Assembly: GCF_022045235.1 (NCBI RefSeq)
Contig: NW_027266270.1
Location: 11,842,001-11,906,000, forward strand
Length of the DNA: 64,000 bases
Origin: Haliotis cracherodii
Lineage: Eukaryota
Reading direction: 5' to 3'
Positions 1 through 13,476 of this stretch are shown in pieces. Both the position numbers and the translations under genes were made by a program. Under the pieces are notes generated by a model that was not told the DNA's origin, searched no databases, and was given only the letters and a program-made list of their open reading frames with translations. How positions within the stretch are numbered: the first letter of the stretch is position 1; the number at the start of each line of letters is the position of its first letter.

Positions 1-190
1 CCCACTCAGACACAGTATACTGACTCCGAGCCGACCAGTCCTTGTTTTAGCCCCTTAATGCCGAGCGTCAGACAGGGTAACATCAAGTACCATTTTTAAC
101 GTCTTTTGGTATGATGCGGCCGGGGATCGAACCCCGGACCTTCCGCTCTCTGGGCGGACGCTGTACTACTCGACCACGGAGGCAGTCCGC
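1..190 (-). mobile_element. SINE family C (tRNA head + Meta-like core), cut by the window edge
   Basis: Near-identical to 18341-18528. Minus strand has a B box GGTTCGATCC followed by ATACCAAAAGACGTTAAAAATGGTACTTG...GGCATTAAGGG. Confidence 0.9.
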
Positions 191-258
191 TGTATAAGAA
201 TTAGTGGAAGGGATTTGTTTACTACGTCTATATCAAGAGTGAGTGGGTATGACAAATG

Positions 259-413
259 CAGTTAACTACGGTTATAACGAACTCAAAGGGTCTACTGATT
301 TTAGTTCGTTGTAACCGTAGTTATAAGGATATATACAGCATAACTACAGCAAAAAGTCGGGACCAAGAAAGTAATTTCATTATATGCGTGTTCGTTAAAA
401 CCGTTGTGTACTG
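259..413. mobile_element. MITE-like element with CAGT...ACTG termini (Tc1/mariner/pogo-type)
   Basis: Left end CAGTTAACTACGGTTATAACGAAC vs reverse complement of right end CAGTACACAACGGTTTTAACGAAC, with TA at the right flank. Internal inverted repeat ACTACGGTTATAACGAACT / AGTTCGTTGTAACCGTAGT (18/19 match). Confidence 0.65.
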
Positions 414-550
414 TACAGCAATATTAGGGTGGGGATACCAGACATAGGCTTCACATATTGTGTCAATCTGGGAATGACGACATGTAGGTGTTCGAGTCTG
501 GACTACAAAACCTTTGGTCGATAGTGTGAGTTGGATGTCTTATGACTATA

Positions 551-749
551 TTTGTCGTAAAAGGCGACTAACGAGATCGAGTGGTCAGGCTCGGTCACTT
601 GGTAGATGCATGTCATCGTATCCCAACTGCGGGGATCGATGTTCATGATGTCAATCACTTGATTGTCTGGTCCAGACTAGATTATTTACAAACCAGCGTC
701 ATATATCTGGAATATTGCTGAGTGCGGCGTTAAACAACAAACAAACAAA
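551..749 (+). mobile_element. Short retroposon family D (no tRNA head), 5'-truncated copy
   Basis: TTGTCGTAAAAGGCGACTAAC...GGTCAGGCTCG...GGAATATTGCTGAGTGCGGCGTTAAAC(AACA)n, shared with copies at 22797, 26678, 30385 and 38370. Confidence 0.85.
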
Positions 750-838
750 TTATTGTAATCGCTGGTCCCAACGTTGGGTTGTCCTATAAGTATAGGGGTA
801 CTGCAAGCTGTTTTACCCTGAACCCCTACGACCTGATA

Positions 839-1303
839 GTGTGGGTCTTTGTGACAATATGGGTCTTTGTGACAATGTGAGTTTTTGTGACAATGTGGTC
901 TTGGTGACATTCTGGGTCTTATCGACGATGCGGGTCTTTGTGACAATGTGGGTCTTGGTGACAATGTGTTCTTGGTGACAAAGTGGTCTTGGTGACAATA
1001 TGAGTCTTGGTGACAATGTGAGTCTTGGTGACAATGTGAGTCTTGGTGACAATGTGGGTCTTGGTGACAAAGTGGTCTTGGCGACAAAGTGGTCTTGGTG
1101 ACAAAGTGGGTCTTGGTGACAAAGTGGTCTTGGTGACAATGTGGGTCTTGGTGACAAAGTGGTCTTGGTGACAATGTGGGTCTTGGTGACAAAGTGGTCT
1201 TGGTGACAATGTGGTCTTGGTGACAATGTGGGTCTTGGTGACAATGTGAGTCTTGGAGACAAAGTGGGTCTTGGAGACAATGTGAGTCTTGGTAACAATG
1301 TCT
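839..1303. repeat. Minisatellite, 16-18-bp unit GT(GG/GA)GTCTTGGTGACAA(T/A)
   Basis: Directly visible tandem array; source of ORFs 686-1464. Confidence 0.95.
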
Positions 1304-1839
1304 TCATCGCTGTCGACAGTGTGAGACCTTTTTACAGTGTGGAAAACAAGAATTGATTGAACATTAACTACCAGACCGTTGTACATGTTATTTTGAATAA
1401 TAATCTCTGCAACAGTGGGAGCTTTTAATTTATTTCGAAACCAGAACCTCATATCCAAGCACAATACGCTTGGAGCCGGAAGACTTATAATACTGCATTA
1501 GCGTCACAGGAAAGTCTTACAAGAGTCACGACAAATTCGTGTATCCAAATAAACCGGTAGGTTTGAATAACTCAATGATGTAGGTGATCTGTTGGTCGAG
1601 TTTACACTTTATAGATTCTTTCCTCAGGATTCACTTTATTTAAAAAGGATAATCTAAACGAAATAAAATGAAATATGACCAATCCTTTTCTCTCTCCTAT
1701 GTCTGATGGCAGCTCCAGAATTGAATGGGTTTGGGGCTTATATGAATATAAGTGGTTGGGTAGCCTAATGCTCATGTTTTCGCTTAACATACTAACACCT
1801 GGGGTTGATTCCCTACATGTTCCATGGGAATCTTTTTCG

Positions 1840-2065
1840 TTTTGGGTGTCGTCGAATGCGCCGAAATTCGCTGTGCAGAGTTTCGTCCCTAAGGCGTGCA
1901 GGAACTTATTCCGTTCGACCACATCATGTTTCTTACCCGTGCTCATGGTCGTAACATAAGAGCAAAACGTCTTAGACCTGCATCACATCGGGCTTTCCTC
2001 TCGCACCAAGCTGCCACGTCGTGATATAACTGTAATACTGTTCAAAACGGCGTTAAACCCAACTG
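1840..2065 (+). mobile_element. SINE family B, degenerate copy
   Basis: GCGCCGAAATTCGCTGTGCAGAGTTTCGTCCCT...GACCTGCATCACATCGGGCTTTCCTC...GTGATATAACTG...GGCGTTAAACCCAACT aligns to 20214-20483. Confidence 0.75.
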
Positions 2066-2265
2066 CCTCATATTCCACATCTCTTCGCCTTGGTGTCCCC
2101 CGCCATGATATTGCCTGAATACCTTTAAGCGCCGTACGGCTGATGTCGCTCTCTGTTAGGGAAAAACGTTAATTTAAACAACACATTTCAGTGTTTTACG
2201 TGTTTGTTATTATACTAAATAAACAATATTGCTGAGTTAAGCTAGAAATCGTTTCCTCGTGGCAT

Positions 2266-2597
2266 GTGTGAGTGAGTATGGTTTTACACCGCTTTCAGCA
2301 ATATTCCAGCCACATTACGGCGGATGAGTGAGTGAGTGTGTATAGTTTTACGCCGCTTTTAGCAATATTCCAGGAATATCACGGAGGGGTACACCAGAAA
2401 TGGGCTTCACACATTGTACCCATATCGGGAATCGGACCCGGGTCTTCGGCGTGGCGAGCGAATGCTTTAACCACTAGGCTACCCGACCGCTCCTACGGCG
2501 GATGACACAAGTAATTGGCTTTACACACATTAAACATGGGAATCGAACCTAGACGCGAAGGACGAACGCCATAACCATTAGGCTACCCCTCGCCCCG
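2266..2597 (-). mobile_element. Older SINE A copy interrupted by a younger SINE A (2328-2493)
   Basis: The inner copy is flanked by a perfect 12-bp TSD, TACGGCGGATGA (2316-2327 and 2494-2505). Removing it restores a continuous A element. Confidence 0.88.
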
Positions 2598-3228
2598 ACG
2601 CAGTATGAATCCTCAGCGTCTATACGAACAATTAATGAAAAGGTCCATTCAGAAATGAGTCCATGTCATATCAGAATGTTAAGAAACCCAACAACAAAGG
2701 AACCGCCATGCGATGTCTGTGAAGAGAAGTTCAGACACACCGTTAGATCTGGAACAGCTGCACTTACCAAACTAACCACGGGTCAAGTGGTCACTTCCTA
2801 TGATGAGACTTGGACTAGCTGACCTATATGTCTAAATCGGTACTCAGAGAGTAAGAACTGCGGTTAGACCGAATCACGATGACGGTTAACCGTTTTGAGG
2901 TCTGAAGGCGACCAGACCAGCCCAACTTGAAACTAATTTTCTCGACAATAAGACCGATCTGTCGAGATATCAAAGCAAGCAAAGACATGAAAATATATAT
3001 TAGCAGAACTTATAAAAATAGTATATTGGCAGTTCTCGTTTGATTAAGTTTGACATACAAGATAAAACACCTCAGCCAGCACATTATTGTGATATTCTAA
3101 TAAAAGAAAGTTAATGACCACCGTTCATTATTATTACTGCATATATTCTGTCATGCCATGAAAGATTAACTATATTAATATGATAGAATTAGTGCTCCTT
3201 AACATTTTTTTGTAGTCTTATAATGGTA

Positions 3229-3513
3229 ACGGGGTAACGGGCGGCCCAGTCGTCTAAGGCGCCGCGATTCGCTGTGCAGATTTGCGTCCCTTGGTCGCGC
3301 CAGAAACCTAGATTGTGGGTTCGAATCCCGGTTCGCCCCGATTATGTTTCTAGGTTTGTCAGCACAATACCCGTGCTCGTGGGTTTCACCGAAGTGGTAA
3401 ACGTCTGAGACCTGCATCACTTCTGGCTTTCCTCCCACATTAAGCTGGCACGCCGCGATATAACTGGAATACTGTTTAAAGCGGCGTTAAACCCAACTCA
3501 CTCGCTCACCCAA
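3229..3513 (+). mobile_element. SINE family B, full length
   Basis: A box GGCCCAGTCG, B box GGTTCGAATCC, V-like CGTGGGTTTCACC...GCTTTCCTCCCACA, shared tail; TSD TTATAAT(G/A)GTA. Confidence 0.9.
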
Positions 3514-3870
3514 TTATAATAGTACTACCTTTTGTGTTTGACATCATGTTTATTATTTGATAATGATCTTTCACGAATTATCCATGTTTCTAAAAAAACA
3601 CAAATATCGCGGTTTTCACGGAAACACGTGTAGCACGCATCCTATGCGATGTATGCCACGTGATTTAACGATGATCTCTCATTGGGCAAAAGTTTTTAGA
3701 TGTGCGTTGATTGTTCTTCCGACAATATCCATGGAAATCAAAAGTTATTATGCGTAAAAGAAATGGTGAGTCTGTGTAGGGTTTGTAATTAATTCTAAAA
3801 AATACAAGTTATTGCTGATAAAAGTGAAATGCAGATAACACGTACAAGACGTACTTCACCCAAGTCTATG

Positions 3871-4030
3871 GGTGGTCGGGTAGCCTAGTGGGTAAAGCGT
3901 TCGCTCGTCACGCCGAAGACCAGTGTTCGATTCCCGACATGGGTACAATGTGTGAAGCCCATTTCTGATGTCCCCCGCCGTGATATTCCTGGAATATTGC
4001 TAAAAGCGGCGTAAAACAATACTCACTCAC
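3871..4030 (+). mobile_element. SINE family A (tRNA-Asp-like head), full length
   Basis: TAGCCTAGTGG...CTCGTCACG...GTTCGATTCC, tail GATATTCCTGGAATATTGCTAAAAGCGGCGTAAAAC(ACTC)n; 15-bp TSD TCACCCAAG(T/A)CT(A/G)TG. Confidence 0.92.
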
Positions 4031-5624
4031 TCACCCAAGACTGTGCGAAAGAAACATGGCATTTATGACATACCGGGTTTTTTTATGTTTTCTCTTGTGC
4101 TTTCATCTTACCATTATGTTTTTAATTCAAATGCCTTAATTTTGAGAACAATTTGAAATATAGCGTTGTGAATATGCATTTATTATTAGGATTATGTCCC
4201 TTTCTACAATGATTGAGGACATTTCTGAAAAAAAAGGTATTTTATGATTACTGATTGCTGATTTCCAGGCCGGCAGTCATTAAAATATCGTCAAGAAATA
4301 GTATGCAGCCTGACAATCTGATTGATTAAATCTGACCCCATTAATACTTAAAACATTCAACAATAAAATCCAAATTTCTCCGCTTTTTCTCTGTGGCAGA
4401 TGATAAAAACCTCGAACAAAATTAGCAATATTAAACTTAGCGCTCAATCCGAACTTCGCAAAAACGCTTCAGGTTTTTAACTCTCCTTTTCGACTTTTTG
4501 CACAACCTGATGCCACCATTGCATGTCCAAGTCGAATTTAGGTTCGGGGGCCGTGCCTAAGTTCAGATTCAACCGAATTTGAGCCGCGACCGATGCGAGG
4601 CCGTATTAGCCGAACAAACTCAGCTCGCCATGTCAACTGTCAGAATTATTTACTGCGCGGAACAGTTCAAATTCCAAGTGTGTGCACTCAAAGGGGAGTT
4701 TTGTATCCTTGCGACCCGCAAATAAATTGCGGAAAGATACATCAGCCCCATGTGTTGGTGTCGCGGACAAATTTTGCCGTCTCAGGATAGTGGGCCATCG
4801 CCTTACTGCTCACAGAAATAAAATCTTCGAGTGGAAATTACATAAAATATTGCCTCTAACTCTGGTCTGACGTTTGGGATAGGGCTTCATTGGCGAGGGA
4901 GCGAAAGACTAAGGAATGGCAGATTTAATTTGCGAATTTCCTTGAAGAGAAATTAAGGGTTCGGGCGCGTGGAGATTGATATACATTTAGATGATAGAAT
5001 ATCTTCTTGCTCTCTCTTTTTATGCCCTCAATGAATTTGCAATAAATCAATGTCTTTTTCAACGGACCTTTAATATTTTCGAATCTAAATCCGATAAATT
5101 TTATTTAAAGGTGTTTAGCCATATAGAAATCAACGTGAATGAACGACCATGCTTTTTCTCTCGATGAAATAAATGGTGAGAGAATAAGACAGTTTGTAAC
5201 CATAAGAAAGATGTTTTAATGATATATTCGTTTGTGCGTTTTTATAACGTATTTGTTTGGGTTTTTTGTAAGGCATGGGTGAAACATGTGTTGTTATCTA
5301 AAACTGAAAGATTTCTTGAACACACATTACAACACGAAAATATTCCTACATGTTTATTTACGAAAGATTCTACACCGCAACGAAACAACTTTAAAGCATC
5401 CACATTAAAAGCAAAAATCTGGTTACACAAGTCAGATATACGACATTAGAATACCCTGAATTTGGATTATGATTAAATAGTGTCAAACCGTTTGGATGTG
5501 TTACATGCTTTCTGTGGCTCACAAATGTCTGAACTGTAGCGTTTGTAATGACAATATATATGAAGGCGTGAGAGTTTGGCCGACACAAGAAGGTTCAATG
5601 AACTCCTACAAGAGTCAATGCTTA

Positions 5625-6720
5625 ATTGTATTGCTGGTGTATATTGTTTATTGTATTGCTGGTGTATAGTGTTTATTGTATTGCTGGTGTATATTGTTTA
5701 TTGTATTGCTGGTGTATATTGTTTTATTGTATTGCTGGTGTATATTGTTTATTGTATTGCTGGTGTATATTGTTTATTGTATTGCTGGTGTATATTGTTT
5801 ATTGTATTGATGGTGTATATTGTTTATTGTATTGATGGTGTATATTGTTTATTGTATTGATGGTGTATATTGTTTATTGTATTGCTGGTGTATATTGTTT
5901 TATTGTATTGCTGGTGTATATTGTTTATTGTATCGCTGGTGTATATTGTTTTATTGTATAGCTGGTATATACTGTTTATTGTATTGCTGGTGTATATTGT
6001 TTATTGTATTGCTGGTATATACTGTTTATTGTATTGCTGGTGTATATTGTTTATTGTATTGCTGGTGTATATTGTTTATTGTATTGCTGGTGTATATTGT
6101 TTATTGTATTGCTGGTGTATATTGTTTTATTGTATTGCTGGTGTATATTGTTTTATTGTATTGCTGGTGTATATTGTTTTATTGTATTGCTGGTGTATAT
6201 TGTTTATTGTATCGCTGGTGTATATTGTTTTATTGTATAGCTGGTATATACTGTTTATTGTATTGCTGGTGTATATTGTTTATTGTATTGCTGGTATATA
6301 CTGTTTATTGTATTGCTGGTGTATATTGTTTATCTTATTGCTGGTGTATATTGTTTACTGCATCGCGGGTATATGTTGTTTATTGCATTGTTGGTATATG
6401 TTGTTTATTGAATTGCTGGCATATCTTTGTTTTGCTGGTATACATTGTTTATTGTATTACTTGTATATACTTTTGTTGTATTGCTGGTTCATATTGTTTA
6501 TTATATTGCTGGTTTATATGTTGTATGTTGTATTGCAGATATATATTGTTTGTTGTACTGCTGGTATTTGTTGTGTGTTTCATTTTTGTTATAAATTGTT
6601 TGTTGTACTGATGGTATAACGTGTTTGTTGTATTGCTGGTATATAATGTTTATTGCTTGCTGGTATATCTTGCTTATTGTATTGCTGGTATATGGTGTTT
6701 GTTGTATTACTGGTATATAT
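5625..6720. repeat. Minisatellite, 25-26-bp unit ATTGTATTGCTGGTGTATATTGTTT, decaying to the right
   Basis: Tandem array; source of the hydrophobic repetitive ORFs 5576-6619. Confidence 0.95.
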
Positions 6721-6780
6721 ATTGCTTGTTGATGTTATAGTTTAACCAATACTCGTCAATCATGAAGGAATTGTAGACAT

Positions 6781-7190
6781 ATGGAAGAAGTGGGAATATG
6801 ACGGGAATTAAGGATGTGATGTGGAAGAAGTGGAAGTATGACGGGAATAAAGGATGTGATAAGGAAGAAGTGGGAATATGACGGGAATAAAGGATGTGAT
6901 AAGGAAGAAGTGGGAATATGACGGGAATAAAGAATGTGATCTGAAAGAAGTGGGAATATGACGGGAATTAAGGATGTGATGTGGAAGAAGTGGGAATATG
7001 ACGGGAATTAAAGATGTGATGTGGAAGAAGTGGGAATATGACGGGAATAAAGGATGTGATAATGAAGAAGTGGGAATATGACGGGAATAAAGAATGTGAT
7101 ATGAAAGAAGTGGGAATATGACAGGAATTAAGGATGTGATGTGGAAGAAGTGGGAATATGACGGAAATAGAGGATGTGATAAGGAAGAAG
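6781..7190. repeat. Purine-rich minisatellite, 40-bp unit GTGGAAGAAGTGGGAATATGACGGGAATTAAGGATGTGAT (~10 copies)
   Basis: Exact 40-bp period visible. Confidence 0.95.
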
Positions 7191-8766
7191 TATCCGTATA
7201 ATGAGAATAAAGGATGAGATGTGAGAGAAGTTTCAACAATAGGATAGGATAAGGTAGACGTCGAAATCTGACGGGAATATAGGATTGAATGTTAAAGTTC
7301 AACTGATAGGAAGGAAACAGAACTAAAAGAGACAAATTGAAAGATGATGACGACGACGGCCACGGCGATGATGAAGATGATTCGTCGTGGCAAAGAGAAG
7401 TAGCAAATAAATGATAAATTTCAAACTGGAAGACAAGGTATTGAGGTAGATGTAAAACTGTATACATGAAAATGATAAAGTATCAAGGCAAACGACAAGT
7501 ATCAAGGTAATTTGAAAAGATATCAAGATACAAATTTTCAAATATAGATGTAAAGGGTACATTTTCAAGGTAAACTGTCAAGCATGAACACAAAGGATTA
7601 AATACCAAAGGTAAAGGTCTAAACCTCGAGATAAACGCTAACTGAACTTAAAATGGATATTTCTTTGGCAAAGCGAATATAATTTATTATTAACCTCAAT
7701 GTATAACACAGTTAAATTTCACTGAACACAAATGCTTAAACCTGAAGAAGGAGGTTTGCTTTCGTGTTTGTGATACCAAATTTGATGTCTTGGATCCAGC
7801 TAATGGAAAACCGCTATCTACATATTATCCGAATCTGGTTGAACATCGAAAAAACAGAATCTGGTTGTACAACGAAAAAAAAAACAATTGTGTGAAAAGA
7901 ATATCAATATTGTTTTCGAGGCAGCATGGTTTTGAAGTGGACTTGCTACGATGTTTTCATGTTTGTTTCTAAAGTTTAGACAAGTTTCTTCTCTCAGTCC
8001 GGTGGTATTTGAATAAGAGTATTCTGAGGTATAATACAACCTTTGCATGCATACATTTAAAGAGTTACTTACCGTCAATGGCGTTTTGTTTACGGGATAC
8101 ACATATGCATGGTAACATTGTACCATTTCATTTCAATGCGCTGACATCACCAAATATAGAAAAGTACGTTTTTTTGTAAGAGCAAAAAATGATTTAACAT
8201 GCACTGTGCCTAAAACACGTAGCGACAAAAAGTGTGTTGTGTATGACGTAGTGATCTACCATTGCGTTTCCGGCGCTGTTTGACCAGCGCACACTCGCGT
8301 ATATCAGCAAACGCTTAGACAAGCTTGAACAGCGTCGACTTTTAAACAGTCGTGAAAATAATTTCCTTCGAGAGAGTGTGAAAATATTAATCTGTTGAAA
8401 CAGCAGGGTTTTAGTGGCAAGGAACAACCGGCCATTCCATATAGACAAGACGATTTGTTAACACGTGGCATTCCCGTTTCCTATAGTGAAGAGGGGGGTT
8501 GGAGGTCTCAAGGCCGGGCGTCACGAATTCCGGCCGTTCCGGAACAAGTCTCGACTGATGGCCGCGAAGTCACAGAGCGGACGGTGGCTTGTGTCCCGAT
8601 TAATCACTACTAATGATACAAAGATACATTATAGTGTGTTGGACACGTGATGCTGCTGCTGATGTTGCTGATGCTGCTAACGATAACAAAAACATTAACA
8701 TTAACAATATATCGTAGTCCCAGATCTTCATTCGAAACGCAAGTCATTGTCGTCGTCATTTTCTTC

Positions 8767-8797
<31 letters not shown>

Positions 8798-8829
8798 GCA
8801 TCACATTCTTCGGCTTTCCTCAAGGGAAC

Positions 8830-8984
8830 CTGGGACGGTGGGGTGGCTTAGTAGTTAAAGCGTTTGCCGAAGACCCGGGTTCGATTCCCTACATGGGTAC
8901 AATGTGTGACGTCTATTTCTGGTGTCTCCTGTCGTAATATTGCTGGAATATTGTTAACTGCGTTAAACCATACTCACACACTCA
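8830..8984 (+). mobile_element. SINE family A, diverged
   Basis: GCCGAAGACCCGGGTTCGATTCCCTACATGGGTACAATGTGTGA...GCTGGAATATTG...CATACTCAC. Confidence 0.85.
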
Positions 8985-9019
8985 CTTGTCAGCGGATGAC
9001 CTCATATGTGCATAAAGTA

Positions 9020-9365
9020 CTATCATCATCGTCGTAATCAATACCGTCATCATCATAATTATCGTCATCCTCGTCATCATTACCGTCATCATCATAATTA
9101 TCGTCATCCTCGTCATCATTACCGTCATCATCATAATTATCGTCATCCTCGTAATCATTACTGTCATCATCATAATTATCGTCATCCTCGTCATCATTAC
9201 CGTCATCATCATAATTATCGTCATCCTCGTCATCATTACCGTCATCATCATAATTATCGTCATCCTCGTCATCATTACTGTCATCATCATAATTATCGTC
9301 ATCCTCGTAATCAATACCGTCATCATCATAATTATCGTCATCGTCGTCACCCCCACCATCATCAT
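9020..9365. repeat. 39-bp (CAT-derived) minisatellite; minus strand reads as poly-(DDDNYDDDGNDDE)
   Basis: Unit ATCGTCATCCTCGTCATCATTACCGTCATCATCATAATT, about 8 copies; a (CAT)n tract also lies at ~8768-8797. Confidence 0.9.
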
Positions 9366-10929
9366 CCCCTCTTAGCATCTTTACTTTAACTCTCCATATT
9401 GTACCATTCAATGCACTTCTTAATTTAGCTCTTACCAGAACAGCACATTGCCGGAATATTACTCTGTGAAAAAACCCTGATGAAATGTTTCCGAAAGTGC
9501 TTCAGTATATTTCTTTAGACTATAAAATATCTAAAAATACTTCTGCCTTGTTAAAGTGTACAATGTTCATGTATATATTTATCTTAAATGCTGAATGGGA
9601 TCTAAAGAGAAAACGTGAGCAGCTAATGTTACACTGTAAAAATATGTTTAGTGAAATCGGATTACAGATTCAAAGACTTCTATAGTTAACCAATAATGTT
9701 TATTTCCATTCTATTAGATTCGATATTTCATAATGAGTCACTTAATTTCCCTCGACGATTTTTATTAGCTGCTCAATCAAGTTAGAATAACAAACCGACT
9801 CATACATTGAATATAGTGTCATTGAGGCGGGGAGTTTCTCCTCATGACGACGTCTGTTTTTGTTTTTTTTTAAAATGAACCCTCGACCTTACACAGAATG
9901 GCTTTAGTTTTATAAGTAATTACTCCTTGGTGACTAACACCAGTGTTTCATTTAACTCATCCCATCACATGTAGTCATCCACAACGCTATCGCGCTGCCT
10001 GGGATTTTATCTGTACCAGCCACTGCTTCCGTCAACAGTAAACTGTAACCATGGATATCCCATTCAAGGGCGATAACCGCGTTCGTTCAAGCGTCTCTCT
10101 TCGCAAGCCATTCTGTAACAGTATCAGCCAACGCGTGGCGTCAACCCGATCGATAAGACGATAGCGGTCTTCTCTTTCGGAGCTGTAAAAACTCTATGCA
10201 TTTGCCATCAGGCCCAAAGCATGTTTAATAAAGAAAACGAGTGATAGACGCGCCTTGTAACCTATTTCAAGACAGGTTCGGGCACTCATTTTTACGCTCT
10301 CCTTGCTTTCGCGTTGTGTGTATACGTGTAGACGGCGCGTTGGGATTTGAAGCGAATATGTACATATAAAACGCCCGCTGCTGTTAGTCGTGACAGTCAG
10401 TGTAGTCGTCACAACTAGTCGGGACGTGTATGGCGGACGTGACAACCGGTTAACAGGATGCCAAATATTCACCTAACATTTTGAAGAATTAAGCGTTGTA
10501 TCAATTCACCAAATGAAAACGTCCAATGACTGGAAGAAATGATATATTTTCTGAAGATATGTCTGAGTGTCTGCCCTATGTCTGAGTATCTAGCACTTCT
10601 TGTGATAAAGGGAGGCTTGTCACGGCTGTCGAACCCCGCGAGTTTCTGCCTGGTCGAATTTGGTGTTAAGCAATCGGATTGTCCATTATGCTTGCAAGCG
10701 TCTGTCTTCTTGTGTCGGACTGACTGGATGTATTCATTACCCAGACAACTATCGCTGTATCACCTAAAGAGGCTGGTACCATCAACATTTGTTCAGGTTG
10801 ACGCGGGGGAGGTTTACAGACTCTGAATCCCAATGTTCCACTGTCTGTGTCTTCGTCCCGAGGTGTATGTTTATTTAACTATCGCAGTGTCCGTTTTTCC
10901 CGAATGTGTCTGCCAATTCGATGTTTGAG

Positions 10930-11790
10930 ATCATCCGCCTATCGTCTGTCCATGTGCGTCTGTCCGCTGTCTGAGAGTGTCTGTTTTTCCGCTGTCGTAG
11001 AGCATCCGTCTTTCCGCTGTCTGAGACCGCCCGTCTATCGTCTGTCCGCTGTCTGAGACCGTCTGTCTATCGTATGACCATGAGCGTCCGTCTGTCCGCG
11101 GTCTATGGGTCCGTCTGTCCACTGTCTGAAAGCGTCTGTCTATCGTCTGTCCACAGTCTGAGACCGTCTGTCTATCGTATGACCATGAGCATCTGTCTGT
11201 CCGTGGTCTATGGGTCCGTCTGTCCGCTGTCCGAGAGCGTCCGTCTATCGTCTGTCTGCTGTCTGAGACCGTCTGCCTCTCGTCTGTCTGAGGGTCCGTC
11301 TGTCCGCTGTCTGAGGGTCCGTCTATCGTCTGTCCGCAGTCTGAGAACGTCTGTCTATCGTATGACCATGAGCGTCCGTATGTCCGCTGTCTGAGACCGT
11401 CTGCCTCTCGTCTGTCTGAGGGTCCGTCTATCGACTATCCGCTGTCTGAGACCGTCTGCCTCTCGTCTGTCTGAGCGTCCGTCTTTCCGCCCGTCTGTTT
11501 TTCCGCTGTCTTAGAACATCCGTCTGTCCGCTGTCTAAGACCATTTGTCTATCGTCTGTCCGCTGTCTGAAAGAGTCTGTTTGTATGCGTCTAACGGTTG
11601 TTTGATGGTCCATCTATCCGCTGTCTGAAGGCATCTGCCTATCGTCTGTCCATTGGCGTCCGTGTGTCCGCTGACTGAGTACGTCTGTTTTTTCTGCTGT
11701 CTGGGGGCATCCGCCTATCGTTTGTCTACTGCCTGAGAGCGTTCGTCTTCCCGCTGTCTGAGAGAATATGTCCTTCCGCTGTCTGTCTTT
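10930..11790. repeat. Degenerate low-complexity tandem repeat built from CCGTCTGT / CCGCTGTCTGAG / CTATCGTCTGT modules
   Basis: Recurring short modules with longer duplicated blocks such as CTATCGTATGACCATGAGC (three times). Confidence 0.85.
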
Positions 11791-11897
11791 TGCTGTATGA
11801 GAGTGTCTGTTATTTGGTCAACCCTTTAAAGATTAATCCTGTTATACTTCAGAGAATCTCTATCACAATTAGACCACCATCACACTGTGAGAATAGT

Positions 11898-12118
11898 TAT
11901 ACGCCGTTCCCAACAACATTTTGCCAATATCACGTCAGAGGACACCAGAAATGGGCTCCAGGTATTATTCCGATGTGTGGTCTCGACCAAGGACCTTCAG
12001 CTAACACTTTAACCACGAGGCAACCCCACCGCCCAAAACTTTGAGAGCAGCGAGGTAGCCTAATGGTTAAAGCGTTCGCTCGTAACGCCTTCGTTCAGGG
12101 TTCGACTCCGCACATGGG
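11898..12118. mobile_element. Two diverged SINE A copies head-to-head (minus ~11898-12035, plus ~12046-12118); further fragment ~12260-12320
   Basis: GGACACCAGAAATGGGCT...TTTAACCACGAGGCAACCCCACCGCCC (minus) then GGTAGCCTAATGGTTAAAGCGTTCGCTCGT (plus). Confidence 0.75.
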
Positions 12119-12379
12119 TTAACGTCTGACGTGGGTGTTGGTGAACCTAATAAACACCTCGGCCTTCTGTAATAACCCACCGGATGTGTCGGTGTAACTG
12201 CAGCTCGAACCCCCTATAAGTACACTCCGGTTATGTCGATGTAACCACATCCTATATATGGTGGGCAAGCGGCCAAAGCGCTTGTCATCACGCCGAGGAC
12301 CACGTTCGATTCCCAACATCAATATATTTTAGGAAGACCACACGAGTGTGCAAAAACACACTAAATCATACAGTGAACC

Positions 12380-12410
<31 letters not shown>

Positions 12411-13476
12411 TATCATCATTATCATCTATTATAATTAAATTCAACATTCACTCCTATATTATAATCCCAAAAGATGATATTATTTCTGACATTTTGGAAC
12501 CCGACAATCCAGATTTAATTTCCGGATAAACGAGGTTTCATCGCATTCGTGATCACTCGTGTCATTCCGGAACAAGCCGAATGGCAACTCGGGGCTGGCT
12601 GGGTTCCATCTTTACCCACACGCAGACATGGCGAAAAGAACTGTAAACTTGAACTCACTGCGACATAAATAATTAAATTAATATTCGTATTTAATTAAAA
12701 GTCACTGTTTGTATTTACAAGATACAGCTGACTTGTTCAATTTAAGAAAATAACAAAAACAATCAAGTGTTCAGTGTGAGATTTTTAAAAATCTTAATTT
12801 TGAGGCAAATCACCCACCCTAACCAAAAAGCTTGCTTGTGAAAAGGTTGACCACCTTAAGGGTATTCTTTAAGAAAAGAAAAAGTCATCGTGCCATGGTA
12901 GCAATGTTATTAACACGACACACATCAGTAGCTTAAGGGTCAACACAGAGCAATGTCTTTTTCACTCGACTTGTTTTCAGACCGGTCTCTGGTCGAGATG
13001 CCGTTCATTTTCAGAGTAAAACTATGACGATTAGGGTTGTTCATTATTGACATGGACTGGGAATCCCTGGAAAGTTTATTTTGCCGGATAGAAAACTTGC
13101 AGACTAATCCTCATCCAGTAACTTAAAGAATTACGATTTTTATTCGACATCGAACTTTTAAACAGCTGGGATTTTGGCAATATTCATTTTGTTACGAAGC
13201 TTGCATGTTGATGTAACTTATATAAAAAGATACCCAAAAAGGCAATAAATATTGTATTTTCACACATAACATCAATAGACTGGGGAATGAATGATACAGA
13301 AGGGAGTACACATCACGTGACTATCAGAAAAAGAAAATAATGTTTAAAATAATACCCAAATATATTATCAATAAGGGTAAAAGAAGATATAAGAGAAACT
13401 GATTCTGTAAATTTCCTTTGGTGATTGCAAGCGTGATCTAATGAAAGTCGTACTGCCTGAGACAACAGGTTTTAAA

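Noticed and set aside
686-1464. His/Cys-rich repetitive ORFs (HCHQD) resembling metal-binding proteins
   Set aside because: All three minus frames are open across a 16-18-bp tandem repeat with frame-shifting unit lengths.
5576-6619. Hydrophobic 250-260-aa ORFs resembling membrane proteins
   Set aside because: Products of the 25-bp minisatellite, open in several frames.
12369-12540. Possible decayed MITE (TACAGTGAACCTC...GGATAAACGAGGTTTCA) containing a (CAT)n tract
   Set aside because: Terminal match too short and degenerate to call.
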